A DNA stretch of 64,000 nucleotides from Microbotryum violaceum (lineage: Eukaryota), in contig CDLV01000015.1 in NCBI GenBank assembly GCA_001244265.2, forward strand, positions 806,001 to 870,000, given 5' to 3'. The notes beneath the pieces were generated by a model, which was not told where the DNA came from, ran no database searches, and saw nothing but the letters and a program-made list of their open reading frames with translations. Position numbers and translations under genes: made by a program. Of this stretch, positions 1-17,214 are shown piece by piece; position 1 is the first letter of the stretch; every line of letters starts with the position of its first letter.

Positions 1-4988
<4,988 letters not shown>

Positions 4989-5387
4989 ATAGTAGATAGT
5001 ATTCTTGATACTCTACTTGGTCAAAGTGAATTGGGTCTGACTAGATGATACGATTGTTGTACATTTATTGCACCCTTGTTTTCGTGAGAAAACACACACT
5101 GCATAAGCCGTGGCGATTTATCTGCAAGTGGGGCGGCGCCTTCTTGACTTATTAGCGCGCGCCCGGTGACCGAGTTCCGAATCGTTCTTCGAAAGAAACG
5201 GCCGGCGGAGCGGCATTTGCGCCTGCAAGCTGCACACTTCGGAGCTCCTTGGGTGGATGATCGAGGGTATCGAAGCGCCGCACATTTCATACCCCGCGGC
5301 TTTCTCGGTTTTCGGCCTTTTCGCTCCCACTCAAGACTTCCCGGCCAGCACTCCCTTCGTCCAACACGTTCACCGCCCCTCCCAGTC

Positions 5388-8119
5388 ATGTTGCCTCGGG
5401 TGAGGTCTTCGACTAGTCGGTGTATGCGTCGCTTTGGATCCGTCTGGGTAGCTGCACCTTCGTCGTCATCGTCGACTGCTGTTTCACCTTCGAGCACTTG
5501 CCGCCATCCCCCCGCATCGCGCGCCGCGGCCGGCGTCGGTCCCCCCACATGCTCCGAGCCCGGAACCACGCCGCGGCGAGCGCTGCGGCTCGCAAGCAGC
5601 CCCGCACAGCTGCCACCGCCGACCCGAACGGCGACGAACCGCTCTCCTGAGTCACGGCAGCAAGACCGCGTCCTGCCTCCTATCCTCGACTTCCACTACC
5701 TTACCGCCCTGTCGATCAGTCATGGACGTGTTCGCGCGACCACCCACTCCCCCGGCGAGCCCGTGCGATTGCTACGTGCCTTCCATTCGTCGACACGACG
5801 GTACACGACCCCGATCGACGGTGTGTCCCATACCCGCGGCCCAACCGATCGACCTTTACTCGATGTCACCTTACCACAATTCTGGTGCCAGCTCGTAAAA
5901 GACTATGCGCAATCACCGGCCCTCGTGGTACGCCATGAGCGAGCCGACATCCACTCCCCATCCTCGGCCCCAGGTGGGGTCACCGCCGACGAGGACTGCA
6001 TCCGTTGGACATTTGACGAGATGGATCGGCATATCGACGCGCTTGCTCGAGGCTTGCGCAATCATGGCGTACAAAAGGGCGATCGTATCGGGGTCTTCTT
6101 GGGCAACAATTCATGTTATGCCCTTTTGCAATGGGCCACAGCCAAGGTCAGTATCGTGCCATCCATGCGGCGGAATGGGGTCTTTTTCTCCGGAATGGGG
6201 GGGAAGATGAGAATTCTGATCTTCCGACCGTTTCCAGATTGGCGCCGTGCTCGTATGCATCAACCCTTCCGCACCGGCTCCTGAACTACTGGCGACCCTC
6301 AACCTGTCAGGAGTCTCGACATTGTTCATCTCGCCGACGATTCGGAGGAATAGTCATCTCTCTATGCTTCGGCAGCTATTCCCTGCCCTCGCGTCGACCC
6401 CGGCCGATCAGGATTTGCATGATGAGGTGTGCCCCACTTTGAAACAAATCGTCATTGTCGACAACACGAAGCTAGGCGCGGTGAGATTTGGCAAGATGTT
6501 GGAAGAAGAAGGGTTCAAGGGACGCGATGCAAGACATTGGTTCGATTGGAGCTCTGCGGGAACTACACTCGAAGTGGAAGGTCAGAGCGTTGAGGACGTC
6601 GTCAACCATCAGTTTACCTCGGGGACGACTGGGAACCCCAAAGCCGTTGCGCTAACACACAACAACGTTCTCAACAATGGACTTCTCATTGGGGATTGTA
6701 TGCACCTTCGACCACCCGATCTCAAGGAAGGGTGGCAAGGCGAACGCTTGATCAATGCGCCACCGTGAGTGGAATAAGCAGCTCGATTTGGAAACAAGCA
6801 TCAACAGCTGACTAGTGTTTACCAATGCAGCTTCTTTCATTGCTTTGGTCTCGTTCTCGGCAATTTGGCGTTCTGGACCCATGGTGGGTGCATCATCGTC
6901 GCCTCCGAATCGTTCGATGCGACCCAAGTTCTTCGCGCAGCCTACCTCGAAAAAGCCACTGCGATTCACGGAGTACCTACCATGTTCATCGTCGAGCTGG
7001 GTCTACTGGAAAAACTCGAGAAAGGAGAGGACGTGTCCGGGTTGAGCGATCTAGTCCCACCTGGGGGAGGACGACTTGAATTTCCGAGCTTAAGAACAGG
7101 CATCGCGGCGGGTAGTCCGGTGCCCGATGAGGTGATGCGCAAGTTGGTCAAGCGGATGAACCTCAAGGATTTAACGATTACGTATGGTCAGACTGAGACT
7201 TCGGTGAGTCGTATTCTGAAGAATGATTGTATTTGTGCGGTAGGAGCTGATCCCTCGATATTGCATGGTACACCTGATCAGCCTGCATCGTTCATGTCCA
7301 CGATCCACGATCCCCTCGAGCTGAGATGCACTACCGTTGGACGTATCTTACCCCACACCCATGCCCGCATCGTCGATCCGAACCATCCTCTTTACCCCTC
7401 GCCCGAAACACCTTCCCTCCCCGTCAACTCCCCCGGAGAGCTCTTCTCCGGCGGCTACCTCGTCATGCATTCGTACCACGAGAACCCGGCTGAGACGGAA
7501 AAATCTGTGTTTTACGATAGAGACGGGGTCAAATGGTTACGTACGGGTGATTTGGCGTCCATGGATGAGGAAGGGTACGTCAAGATTCGAGGGAGGATCA
7601 AGGATATCATTTTGAGGGGCGGGGAAAATTTGTTCCCCGTAGTGATTGAGGCGAGGACGATGTTGTTGGAGGGGATTGTGGATGTCTAGTCGGTCCACGG
7701 TGCTTTGGTGGTGTGCATCTGCGTATCGATCGGGCTGACCCTTCGCTCTTTACTCTTGCGTAGCGCCATCGCCGTTCCCGATCCCATCATGGGCGAAGTC
7801 GTCGGGTTATTCATCGAACGAGCCAAAACAGAAGCTGGGCGGAACTTGATGAGTCAGATGGTGCGCGACCACGTCAGGAAGCTGCTGCGGATCCCAATCG
7901 ATTGGGTCTGGTACCTCGGCGAAGATGGGGTTGGAACCGAATGGCCTAAGACCGCGAGCGGCAAAATTGTGAGTTCATGGCAGTCGAACTGGATACGAAT
8001 TGGAGTCATCATGTGGTACTGAAAGATTAACGATTTATGTTCTTCAGAGGAAAGTCGAACTTCGTGACTGGGCCACACCCTTGGTCGAACACGAAGTAGG
8101 TAAATTAAAGTCGTCTTGA
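5388..8119 (+). CDS. AMP-binding acyl-CoA synthetase (ACSF2-like), probable N-terminal mitochondrial presequence
   Basis: Motifs QFTSGTTGNPKA, PP|LFHCFG, YGQTET, TGDLA, GRIKDIILRGGEN and PKTASGKI. The N-terminus (MLPRVRSSTSRCMRR) is Arg/Ser-rich. Introns 6147-6237, 6765-6830, 7204-7281, ~7689-7763, 7969-8047. Start codon choice is uncertain. Confidence 0.9.
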
Positions 8120-8151
8120 TCGGCATCTCTAAGCCCTTGATCAGTATGACT

Positions 8152-8156
<5 letters not shown>

Positions 8157-8190
<34 letters not shown>
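8157..8190. repeat. (TC)17 microsatellite
   Basis: Perfect TC dinucleotide run just after the acyl-CoA synthetase stop, between convergent 3' ends. Confidence 0.95.
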
Positions 8191-8193
<3 letters not shown>

Positions 8194-8466
8194 GGTTATT
8201 GGATCTGCACGGGAGTGTTTTGTATGGGCAATGGCGATTCTAATGTACGAGCATAGATGAAAAGAGGCATAAATTGTGAGAAGGTCGTCATAAAAAGAGC
8301 ATAAAAACGTTATGACGGAGATCATGAGGGAAGTAAGAACAGGAAGGGACGAAATCGATCGGGAAGGAAGAGGGCGACACGGGGGAAGAGGAGGTATCTA
8401 CGGATCCACTATGAACAAGACGTCAAAGTCTCCGACGGATCATCTCCGCACGCCAATTCGGACAGA

Positions 8467-11400
8467 TCAGAAAAGCTTCTTGAGCGCGTTCCTCCACTTG
8501 GTGCTGTGTTTAGCCCCTTTGGGAGCATTCGCACTCTTCTTCATCCGCTCGTAAGCAAGCTCTTCCTCCGATTGATAGACGTTCGAAGCATCCGAAGAAG
8601 TGGCGAGACTATCGACGGAGAATGAAGGTGTAGAAGCTCGGGAGAGTGAGCTGGACCAACTGCTGAAGAAGGACAGAACGGAGCGGGAACGGCTGGGACC
8701 TCGTGATTGGGGTCGAGCATGGGACGAGGCACGGGAATCGGTGCGGTCCCCTGATGTCGGTGTGGGAGGCGGGGAAGGGGAATCGCGGAACTTCACAGAT
8801 CGTTGCAAGGGTTGGACGGCTATGAGGTTGGAAAAGACGTTTGGCGAGTTGGTTCGAGGTAAGGTGCGCGCCGCGTTCGAGGAAAGGATCCGCGGACGAT
8901 TGGCTGCCGGAGCGGAACGGCAGGTTCTATAAGGGATATATCGAGGACGTCAGTGAATGGACTCTTCGACCGGCTGGTAGGAATAACTTACTCGAACACC
9001 GGCTCTTCGCCCCCCTTGACCGACTTCCTCAGCGTCGAAGTCCTGCTCGCCATTCGCAGAAGTCTCGTCCCACCTCTGACGGGGCTTGGAACCAAAGTGA
9101 TTGTCGGCTCATCGACGTCCGCATCATCGCTATCACCGTCGTCTTCCTTCTCGATCGGTTCCGGTACCCAAGTCGGGAGTTGGCGACCTTCTTCGACGAT
9201 GACGGATCGGAGGGTACCCATGTTGGGAGCATTGGGCGAATCGGGCTCCTCGGTCGACTCGTCTTCGCTTTCGGTAAGGGAGATGGAGGGGACGTTGCGA
9301 ATGGCCGTCGGGATGCGTCGATGGCCGCGCTTGAACCTCATCGTGTCCTCTTCTTCTGAAGGTGCTTTAATTGAAGCGGTGGAAGAGTCTTCCGAGAATT
9401 GAGACGAAGCTGCATAGTCAGGAGATGTGAGTCAGCTTCCTGCGAGCTACCGGGTCGCGCGCGATTCGGGGGAGAACTCACCGCTACTACCGAGCGGCTC
9501 TTCCGACTCGGTCTGAGTCGTCTGGTTCTGAACGAACGACGGAGCAAGCGACGGACGGATCTTGACCGAAGGTTGTCTCTTCGCATCCGCACTTGAGCTA
9601 GAAGCCCCAGCGGCGCTTCTCGAAACACGTCTGGGAGCAACTCCGACTAGCCTCGAGCTCGAACGGTCTTGACGCGCCAAAGACTCCGATGAGCGCTGCG
9701 CCTCTCGAGCTCGGAACTCGGCGAGCTCTTCTCGGGACAAGATGGGCATCGCGGCACCGAGTTGTTCGACGGCGTCCGATCCGTTGCTGCTGGGCGAAAT
9801 GGATCGCCTGACCAGGGTCGACGAAACGGCCTCGTTGGCTCGACCGGCATCGATGATGGTCTGGATATGGCGGGAGAAAGACTCGAGCCGAGAGCTGAAA
9901 TTAAGGAACCTCAGATCAGCGTTGTGCTCACAAGCCGCTGTTTGAATGTCAAAGCGCTCACATCTCGGATCTGAGCGAAGAATGCGCCGTCGAGTCGATT
10001 GTTCGGTCTGATACAGCCGAACGATGGTCAGTTCTTGATCTTCACGATAAGTATTGACATTGTACTCACTTGGCCCTACACCAAACTCGGTGGTATCGCC
10101 TGGCTCTCCACCATACTCAGTGGTATCGCCGACCGACAGCATGGACCCAGCAGCGGAAGTTCGGCGTCCTTGTTCAGGTGCTGCGAGATTGTTCGCTGAC
10201 GGCTTGAACCCACGGAACGAGAACACCGACGGTGTGCGGCGAACGGACATGGCTCGGAGTCCTGGGTGAATTTAGAACTTATAACTAAGCCTATGTTGTG
10301 GGACTTTGAGAAGACGGATTGACTCACTCTTGACCATGGAATTCGATTCACGCTTCGGCGAGGGTTGGGTTTGCTGGGGCGATGGATCCGCCGCTGCTTT
10401 GGGTGAAGAGCGATCCTCTGCAATTGGTCGAACGGAAGCTAACCAAATCACGTTGATGTGAGTTGAGAGTGATACTCAAAAGGCATGAAGCTGACTTACA
10501 TCGCGTGAAGGCTTGGAACGAGACCGATCGCTTGGATTTAACGTTTGGAGCTCGCGACTCGACGACTTTCTGTCTTTCAGCAAAAGCCAATACAGGCGAC
10601 TCGAAGCTAGAACCCCTGGACTGCGAGGAAATTTGATTCTGCTGCGATTTGGATTCCGCCTCTGAATGGTCTTTCGGCGCCGGAGGTAGGATACCGTGTT
10701 GCTCTATCGGTGTTGTCAAATCTCGGAACAGTGTCGGCATCGCTGGCGGTTGTGAGCTTTGGCGCTTGTGCGCCCCACCAGTCGACTGGGGCGACTGAGA
10801 GCCGGACCTACGAGGCTTCTCCGGGGATGATGAGGTTTGAGGCGAGGCCAGAGCGACTTTCGAGGTGCGATGCGAGAGCGGAGCATTGTGCTTCGACGGA
10901 ATTCGAGCTGGGCCATTGGGTATGCGGGGGAGGGCGACGAACAGAGGCGCTCGAACCGGGATCTTGGAAGGGGACGTGATCCTGGATGTGGTGATCTGGG
11001 TTCTCGCCGTGGAAGGTGACTGGGTGACCTTCTTGGCTTTTGGCCCAGAGTTGACACGCTGTCGAGGAGTGCTGGGCTGCGTTAATGGGCTCGTTGTCGG
11101 TGAAGCATTGGCGCGGCGCTCGCCCAGGAGCAGGGGGCGCAGGGGGAACGAGGAACGGACGTCGGCTTTTTCCTCTATTACAGTGAAGGAGGTCTTTTCA
11201 GCCCACGTTCCTTTGTTTCAAAATCAGGTCAACTTACGGAACGGCGAGCTCGTGCGATCACGATGCACCTGAATTGAATCCCTCTTTTCGACCTTTCGAC
11301 TCGGCGTTCCCTTGCGAGAGCTGCTTCCGTGAACCTTCACAGGAGTTTTGTTCTTGACCGGCGTCTGAGCAGACTTGGGAGTGCCTTGAGAGTACCGAAT

Positions 11401-12760
11401 CGTTTTGGGCGAATGTTGAGGCGTGGGGACCATCTCGAAGAAGCGGTGCAGCAGCGCGAGACCGCAGCCTTGAACGCGCTGTTTGACGTTGGGCTCGACC
11501 ATGTGATGAATCAAGTCCTCAAAGTCTGTGGAGGGCGAGAATCGTGATGAATCAGAGACAGAACATAATTGCGTATTCACCTCACTCACCAGATGAGACT
11601 TTAAACTCTCCACAAAACGATCCTTCGACCGTTCGACCATAATAAACCTCGAGAGCGTCTCTCGTGAGGAACTCCTCACTTTCGGTCCTCTCGAATGGCG
11701 TCCTCCCCACCACAATTTCCCACATCGTCACGCCAAGAGCCCATACGTCGCTGAGTCGTTCGTCGTGAAGTATGCCCTTGGCGCGCTCAGGGGAGAGGTA
11801 CTCGGGTGTACCCCACGACAGCGAGCTCAGGAACCTTTCAGGTGCATCACGAGCATACTGGACCGCAAAACCAAAATCACACAGAACGGGAGTATCATTG
11901 CTTCCGAGCAAGATATTGGCGGGTTTGATGTCGTTGTGCGAGCATCCATGGGCGTGAAGAAATTCGACGGCGGAAAGGAGACCACGAAAGTAGAAGCGCG
12001 CGCGCGATTCGGGAAGGGCGACGGGCATGAGACGCGGGTAGTACGGCATTACGCAGAGGGCGTAGGAGGGGGTGATGATGAAGGATTCGAAGTGGATGAG
12101 GTTGGGGTGGGACGCGCCACGGAGAGAGCGAATAGCCCTGCAGAGGTAGCAGGGGAGTCAGATTTCTGAGATTGCGAGCGGGATAGGCAGTTCGCTGGTG
12201 AACTTACTTGAATTCAGTCCACAGAGATCGAACTCGAGCGGACGACGTGGGGTTCTTCGATCGATGTACAAGCTTGACTGCAACAGTCTCGCCTTTCGAG
12301 GAACCTGTCTTGCGTACACATTTCCAGACCGAACCCTGAAGTAAACGGCCCGGCAAGGTCAGCTTTCAAATTCTCGTCCTTGAGAGCTTTGGTCCAGTAG
12401 AGCTTACCCAGTTTCCAAACCCTACTTCAGTGACGAATCTGTGGAGTTGACATGGTCAGCTTCTTGCCGCTTTCCCCATTCGGTGCAGACGCGAGACAAG
12501 GCTTACTGAAGCTTCTCGGCGAGCGTCGCGTCGGTGATGGAGAATATGTCGGTCTTGGACCTACCATTCGTCCCCTCACTCGAGACATTCTTGCCAACAT
12601 CTTCCCGATGGTAACCGGTTTCGGTGACGAGGGTCCTCAAACCCGAAACCGCCTTACCGGCAGTGGGCGAGGAGTAGTGCTGATTCGCGAAATCGTGCGC
12701 CAGTCGAGGGATGATCGTCCCCGAGGCCCGATTCGGTGATGTGTACACAGCAGTGGACAT
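8467..12760 (-). CDS. Ser/Thr protein kinase with N-terminal catalytic domain and long low-complexity C-terminal tail
   Basis: Spliced translation gives GFGNW|GSVW (Gly loop), VAVK, catalytic loop HNDIKPAN, DFG, WGTPEYLSPE and SDVWALG. Downstream minus-strand exons end ...KWRNALKKLF* at 8467. Tail exon boundaries are approximate. Confidence 0.85.
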
Positions 12761-14256
12761 GACGCCGAGACTTGTCCGAGATCCTGCGGATGCTCGAGGT
12801 TGTTCAAGGAGTTTGGATCCGGGAACGACGCGTTGTCTGATGCTCGCGAAAAGGGGGTTCAGTGTTTCGTTGAACACGCGTCGAGGCGGATGTTGATTGA
12901 AATGGCGATGAACACCGGGCGTGAATCGTGGTCGTGGGTCGGGGATCGTGAAGGCAGGGGTCGTTACTGCTGCACCGGGATAGATAGAACTTAGTGGGAA
13001 GACACACAGAAAAACTGGTACCGGGAAGCTTACAATCGTGATCGTCGGGTTTCGTGCACAAGAGCTTCCCCGAGGCGAGTACAGGAGCACGCGGCACACC
13101 GAGCCGTGAAGTCGCGGAGGGGCAGAAGCGTCGGCTTGGTCGTTGATGATAGTCGTGTCAAGGTCGTCAACAAGGGTCGTCACAATACACAACACCAAAA
13201 AGACGAAGGAAACAACCAAGAGTCGTAGAGGGTACGTACGCGAGCTGTGTAAAGCCGGCCCAGCCCTGTGCAACAACGCGACACGCGTTTCCTCGCTTTT
13301 TTTCAGCATGGCCCGTTTCACAGGGGCTGGTCTCACGCTGCGAAAGGGGCCAGCTTTGGCCTGGATCGTCGATCGCGCGCATCTCTCAGTCATTTCTAAA
13401 GGAAACACGCGTGCGGATCGAACTCTGAGACTACTCCAACTCGCTCGAATTGCTCTCCAACCCACCGTGCTGCCATGTGGTGGGAATTCGACCCGCCAGC
13501 TAGTGTTGCAACGCGAAGTTGCGACGGCGGGCGACGCGTCGGGTCGAGTAGTGCCCACTGCGGCCGATCTGTATTTTCCAAATCGTATCCTTGCCTGGTT
13601 CTGCGCTCAGGATGTATCACGATACTGTCGATGAGTCTAGCAACACAACAAGGGGGTTTTCTGGTGCTCCACGTATTTGCGGCCTTCTTTATGTCCGTGC
13701 CGCGGCTGCTCGGCCGCGCAGGGTGGTCTCAGCGCGACTCACGTACTCACGCCTGCGCCGCGCTGGAGCCGCGTCGGCCAATGAGATCGCGCCTGAGTGG
13801 GCGTTCTCAGAGCTCACAGCGTTTATCGATGAACTCGGGCGTCACAACTTCATGTGCAGGGATCTATCGATATCTATCTCCGAGCTTCACGTGACTTGTC
13901 CGAAACTTCGCAAAGCTTTCCTGATATGGCCCCCTGACCGGAGTGACCACTCGGAGTCAAGTAATACAACAACAACGTTACTCCTCTTTCACGGCCTACC
14001 GAGCCCGCGCCGGGCCTCTCGACTTGGCGCTCAGCCGGCTTCCGTCCTTGCCCGGCTTTTGCCTCCAGGCCAGCGTGGCCGTGGCCGTGGCCGTCCCGCG
14101 TTTCTCCGTAGCGCCCGATGGGAGGCGCCGTCCCGATCCGCTCTCATCTTTCTTTCTCCTTGACCACCTCTCCCGTCACCTGACCCTTCTTTATTCTATC
14201 ACTTTTCGCACAAACAATCCTCCCTTTCACCCTCTACCCCAGCACCCCCAGCGCAT

Positions 14257-14438
14257 GTAAGTGCGGCTTCCCTGCTTGCCAGCTGCCATTCTTGCGCGTG
14301 GCAGCGTGTCAGGTGGCCAGAGGTGGGCCATTCTCGGCTGCCGAGGTCACCGGGTCGTGTTCGGGCGCTGTACGTTCGTTCGTCTGCTCACGCTTCTTGC
14401 TCTCTCCTTCTCTTCCCACCCCACTCCTCCCCGCACAG
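14257..14438 (+). other. Probable 5'UTR intron of PCK1
   Basis: GTAAGT donor at 14257, branch-like GCTCAC, long pyrimidine tract and CAG acceptor at 14438, 9 nt before the PCK1 ATG. Confidence 0.7.
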
Positions 14439-14447
14439 TTGCCCATC

Positions 14448-16736
14448 ATGCCCGGACGTACCGACACCCCCAAACAACACTTTGAAGAGAGCAGCTCTCA
14501 CCTCGAGGGGTAAGTCCTGTCTCTTTGCCTCACGCAAGGTGGGGCCCTCCGCTTCGGCGGTGGTCGGAACCTTTCGGCCTACGAAAATCAGCCAGTCCTC
14601 TGGTGGCCGAGTTGCATCGGTTTCACACCGCGGACGACTGCCTCACCCCCTGTCGCAGTGCCTGTACTGTTGTATTGGCCGCAACATGGACTGCATTGTT
14701 ATGCGAGGCTGCTCCCAGCATCGTTCCGCCCGGTCATCTGCATTTTTTGACTGGACGACGGGGGGGCGGACCATCCTCACCCTATAGAAAGAACCCTCAG
14801 CTGATCCACACTTAATTCCTCGCCTCCTCCAGCCCCACTGCCACCTATGGCTTACTCGGGAAGGATCTCGACCTCTTCTCGGAGGCCGGTTTCGACATGG
14901 AAAAGGTAGAGTCTCTTCCGCCTCGCTGCCCCACAATTTCCGCTTCGAGCGAACAAGTCACGCTGAGCTTGTTGCCGCCGCATCTCCGCTTCCTCTCAGA
15001 TCCACTTGAAGCGAAACGCTCCCGTTGCTCAGCTCTACGAGGACGCCATCAAGTACGAGGGCGCCGTCATCTCCAACTCGGGTGCGCTCATCAACTTCTC
15101 TGGCAAGAAGACCGGTCGTTCGCCCAAGGACAAGCGTATCGTCTACGAGGAGACATCCAAGGACGATGTTTGGTGGGGTCCCGTCAACATGAAGGTAAGC
15201 ACTCGTGTCGAGATCAGCTCGTGACATCGGTCGCGGAGTGTGTTGTCTGAGGTATGTACAGCCGCTGACGACCTTTCTACTGTTTGGTGACCGCCGCAGA
15301 TGGACGAGCACACCTTCGAAATCAACCGAGAGCGTGCCATCGATTACCTCAACACCAGGGAGAATGTCTACGTCTTTGACGGCTACGCCGGCTGGGACCC
15401 CAGGTACCGCATCAAGGTTCGAGTCATCTGCGCTCGTGCCTACCACGCCCTCTTCATGCACAACAGTGAGCCTTCCTTTTACCCGGTTTGCATGCTTCGG
15501 GTTCTAGTCAGCTGACGTTTTCACGGCCTTGGTCTTCACGTAGTGCTCATCCGACCTACGGCCAAGGAGCTCGAGACTTTTGGCGAGCCCGACTTCACCA
15601 TTTACAACGCCGGCCAGTTCCCCGCCAACCGTTTCACCGCCGGCATGACGTCGTCGACCTCTGTCGAGGTCAACTTCAAGCGCAAGGAAATGGTCATCCT
15701 CGGTACCGAATACGCTGGTGAGATGAAGAAGGGTATTTTCTCCGTTATGCACTACTTGCAACCGGTCAAGTTCGGCAACTTGTCTCTGCACTCGTCCGCC
15801 AACGAAGGTCCCGACGGCGACGTTTCGTTGTTCTTCGGTCTTTCCGGAACGGGCAAGACGACCCTCTCGGCCGACCCTCGCCGCAAGCTCATCGGTGATG
15901 ACGAGCACACCTGGTCCGATGCAGGTGTCTTCAACATTGAGGGTGGTTGCTATGCCAAGTGCGTTGGCCTCGACGCCGAGAAGGAACCCGATATCTACAA
16001 CGCCATCCGCTTTGGTTCGGTCTTGGAGAATGTCACTTATGACTACGCAACCCGAGAACCCAACTACGAGGACACGGGTATTACCGAAAACACTCGAGTT
16101 GCTTACCCGATCGAGTTCATCCCCAACTGCAAGATTCCTTGCATGGCCAACACGCACCCCAAGAACGTCATCTACCTCACCTGCGACGCATTCGGTGTGC
16201 TTCCCCCCGTTTCCTTGCTCAACTCGGACCAGGCACAGTACTGGTTCTTGTCCGGTTACACGTCCAAGACGCCCGGAACCGAGGATGGTATCACAGAGCC
16301 CTCGCCAACGTTCTCGACCTGCTTCGGGCAGCCCTTCATCATCCTGCACCCGAGTCGCTACGCATCGATGTTGGCCAAGAAGATGACCGAGCACGGCAGT
16401 CGCTGCTGGTTAATCAACACCGGATGGGTCGGTGGCAAGTTTGGTGTGGGCAAGCGTTGCCCGCTCAAATACACGCGCGCGATCGTCGACGCCATCCACG
16501 ACGGCTCGTTGGCAAAGTCCGAGTTCCAAAAGAGCCCGATCTTTGACTTGCAAATCCCCGTCTCGATCCCGGGCTACGACATTCCCCAAAACATCCTGAA
16601 CCCCGCTTTGGCATGGGCCGACAAGGACGCCTTTATCAAGCAAAACAAGTCGCTCGCCGACATGTTCACCAAGGCATTCGAACGCTACGAGGCCGACTGC
16701 TCGCCCGAGGTCAAGGCTGCTGGGCCCAAGTACTAA
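14448..16736 (+). CDS. PCK1: Phosphoenolpyruvate carboxykinase (ATP)
   Basis: Motifs [44 protein letters not shown] and [10 protein letters not shown]. Exons approximately 14448-14509, 14833-14905, 15000-15194, 15300-15465, 15544-16736. Confidence 0.97.
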
Positions 16737-17214
16737 AAAGGTGAACCCTAAAAGTAAAAGTGAAAAAGTGAGGGGGGTTTCGGCCATATGGAATTTATCT
16801 GTTTTTGTCATCTCTGTATTTGAGCTATCGGACCTTGCCTTATCTTTTCTTTCATACTGTGCGAAATATCGATCAGTTCAGAGCAAGTACTTGTTGACGC
16901 GAGAATGAGAATAAAATCGTGTCGCTCCAGGTCCCGGAATGGGGCAATTCCCCGGGGGCTTATCTGGCCTTTGACGGGTTATTATTACCTCTTGCCCCCA
17001 CATTCGATCACCCGGTCCACACTGAATCGCGGGGAACGGCTTGCGTCATTGGCAACATCCACAGCTCGGTAACGTAGAACGAGCTCTCCCAAAGACCACC
17101 ACATCAAGTCGTGAAGCAGTCGTGAAGCAGTCAAGACGTCAAAAGTGGTCCGAGGTGAACGACCCCGACCGGCCGAGGCTGTGCTGTGCGACGTAGCTCA
17201 CAAGCCAAGCCACG

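Noticed and set aside
12761-13558. Upstream extension of the 351-aa minus ORF as part of the kinase
   Set aside because: Non-ATG start and UTR/promoter-like composition. The ATG at 12760 is the more plausible start.
15504-16394. 296-aa minus-strand ORF
   Set aside because: Antisense shadow of codon-biased PCK1. The same applies to the many ORFs opposite the ABC transporter, kinase and CDC24.
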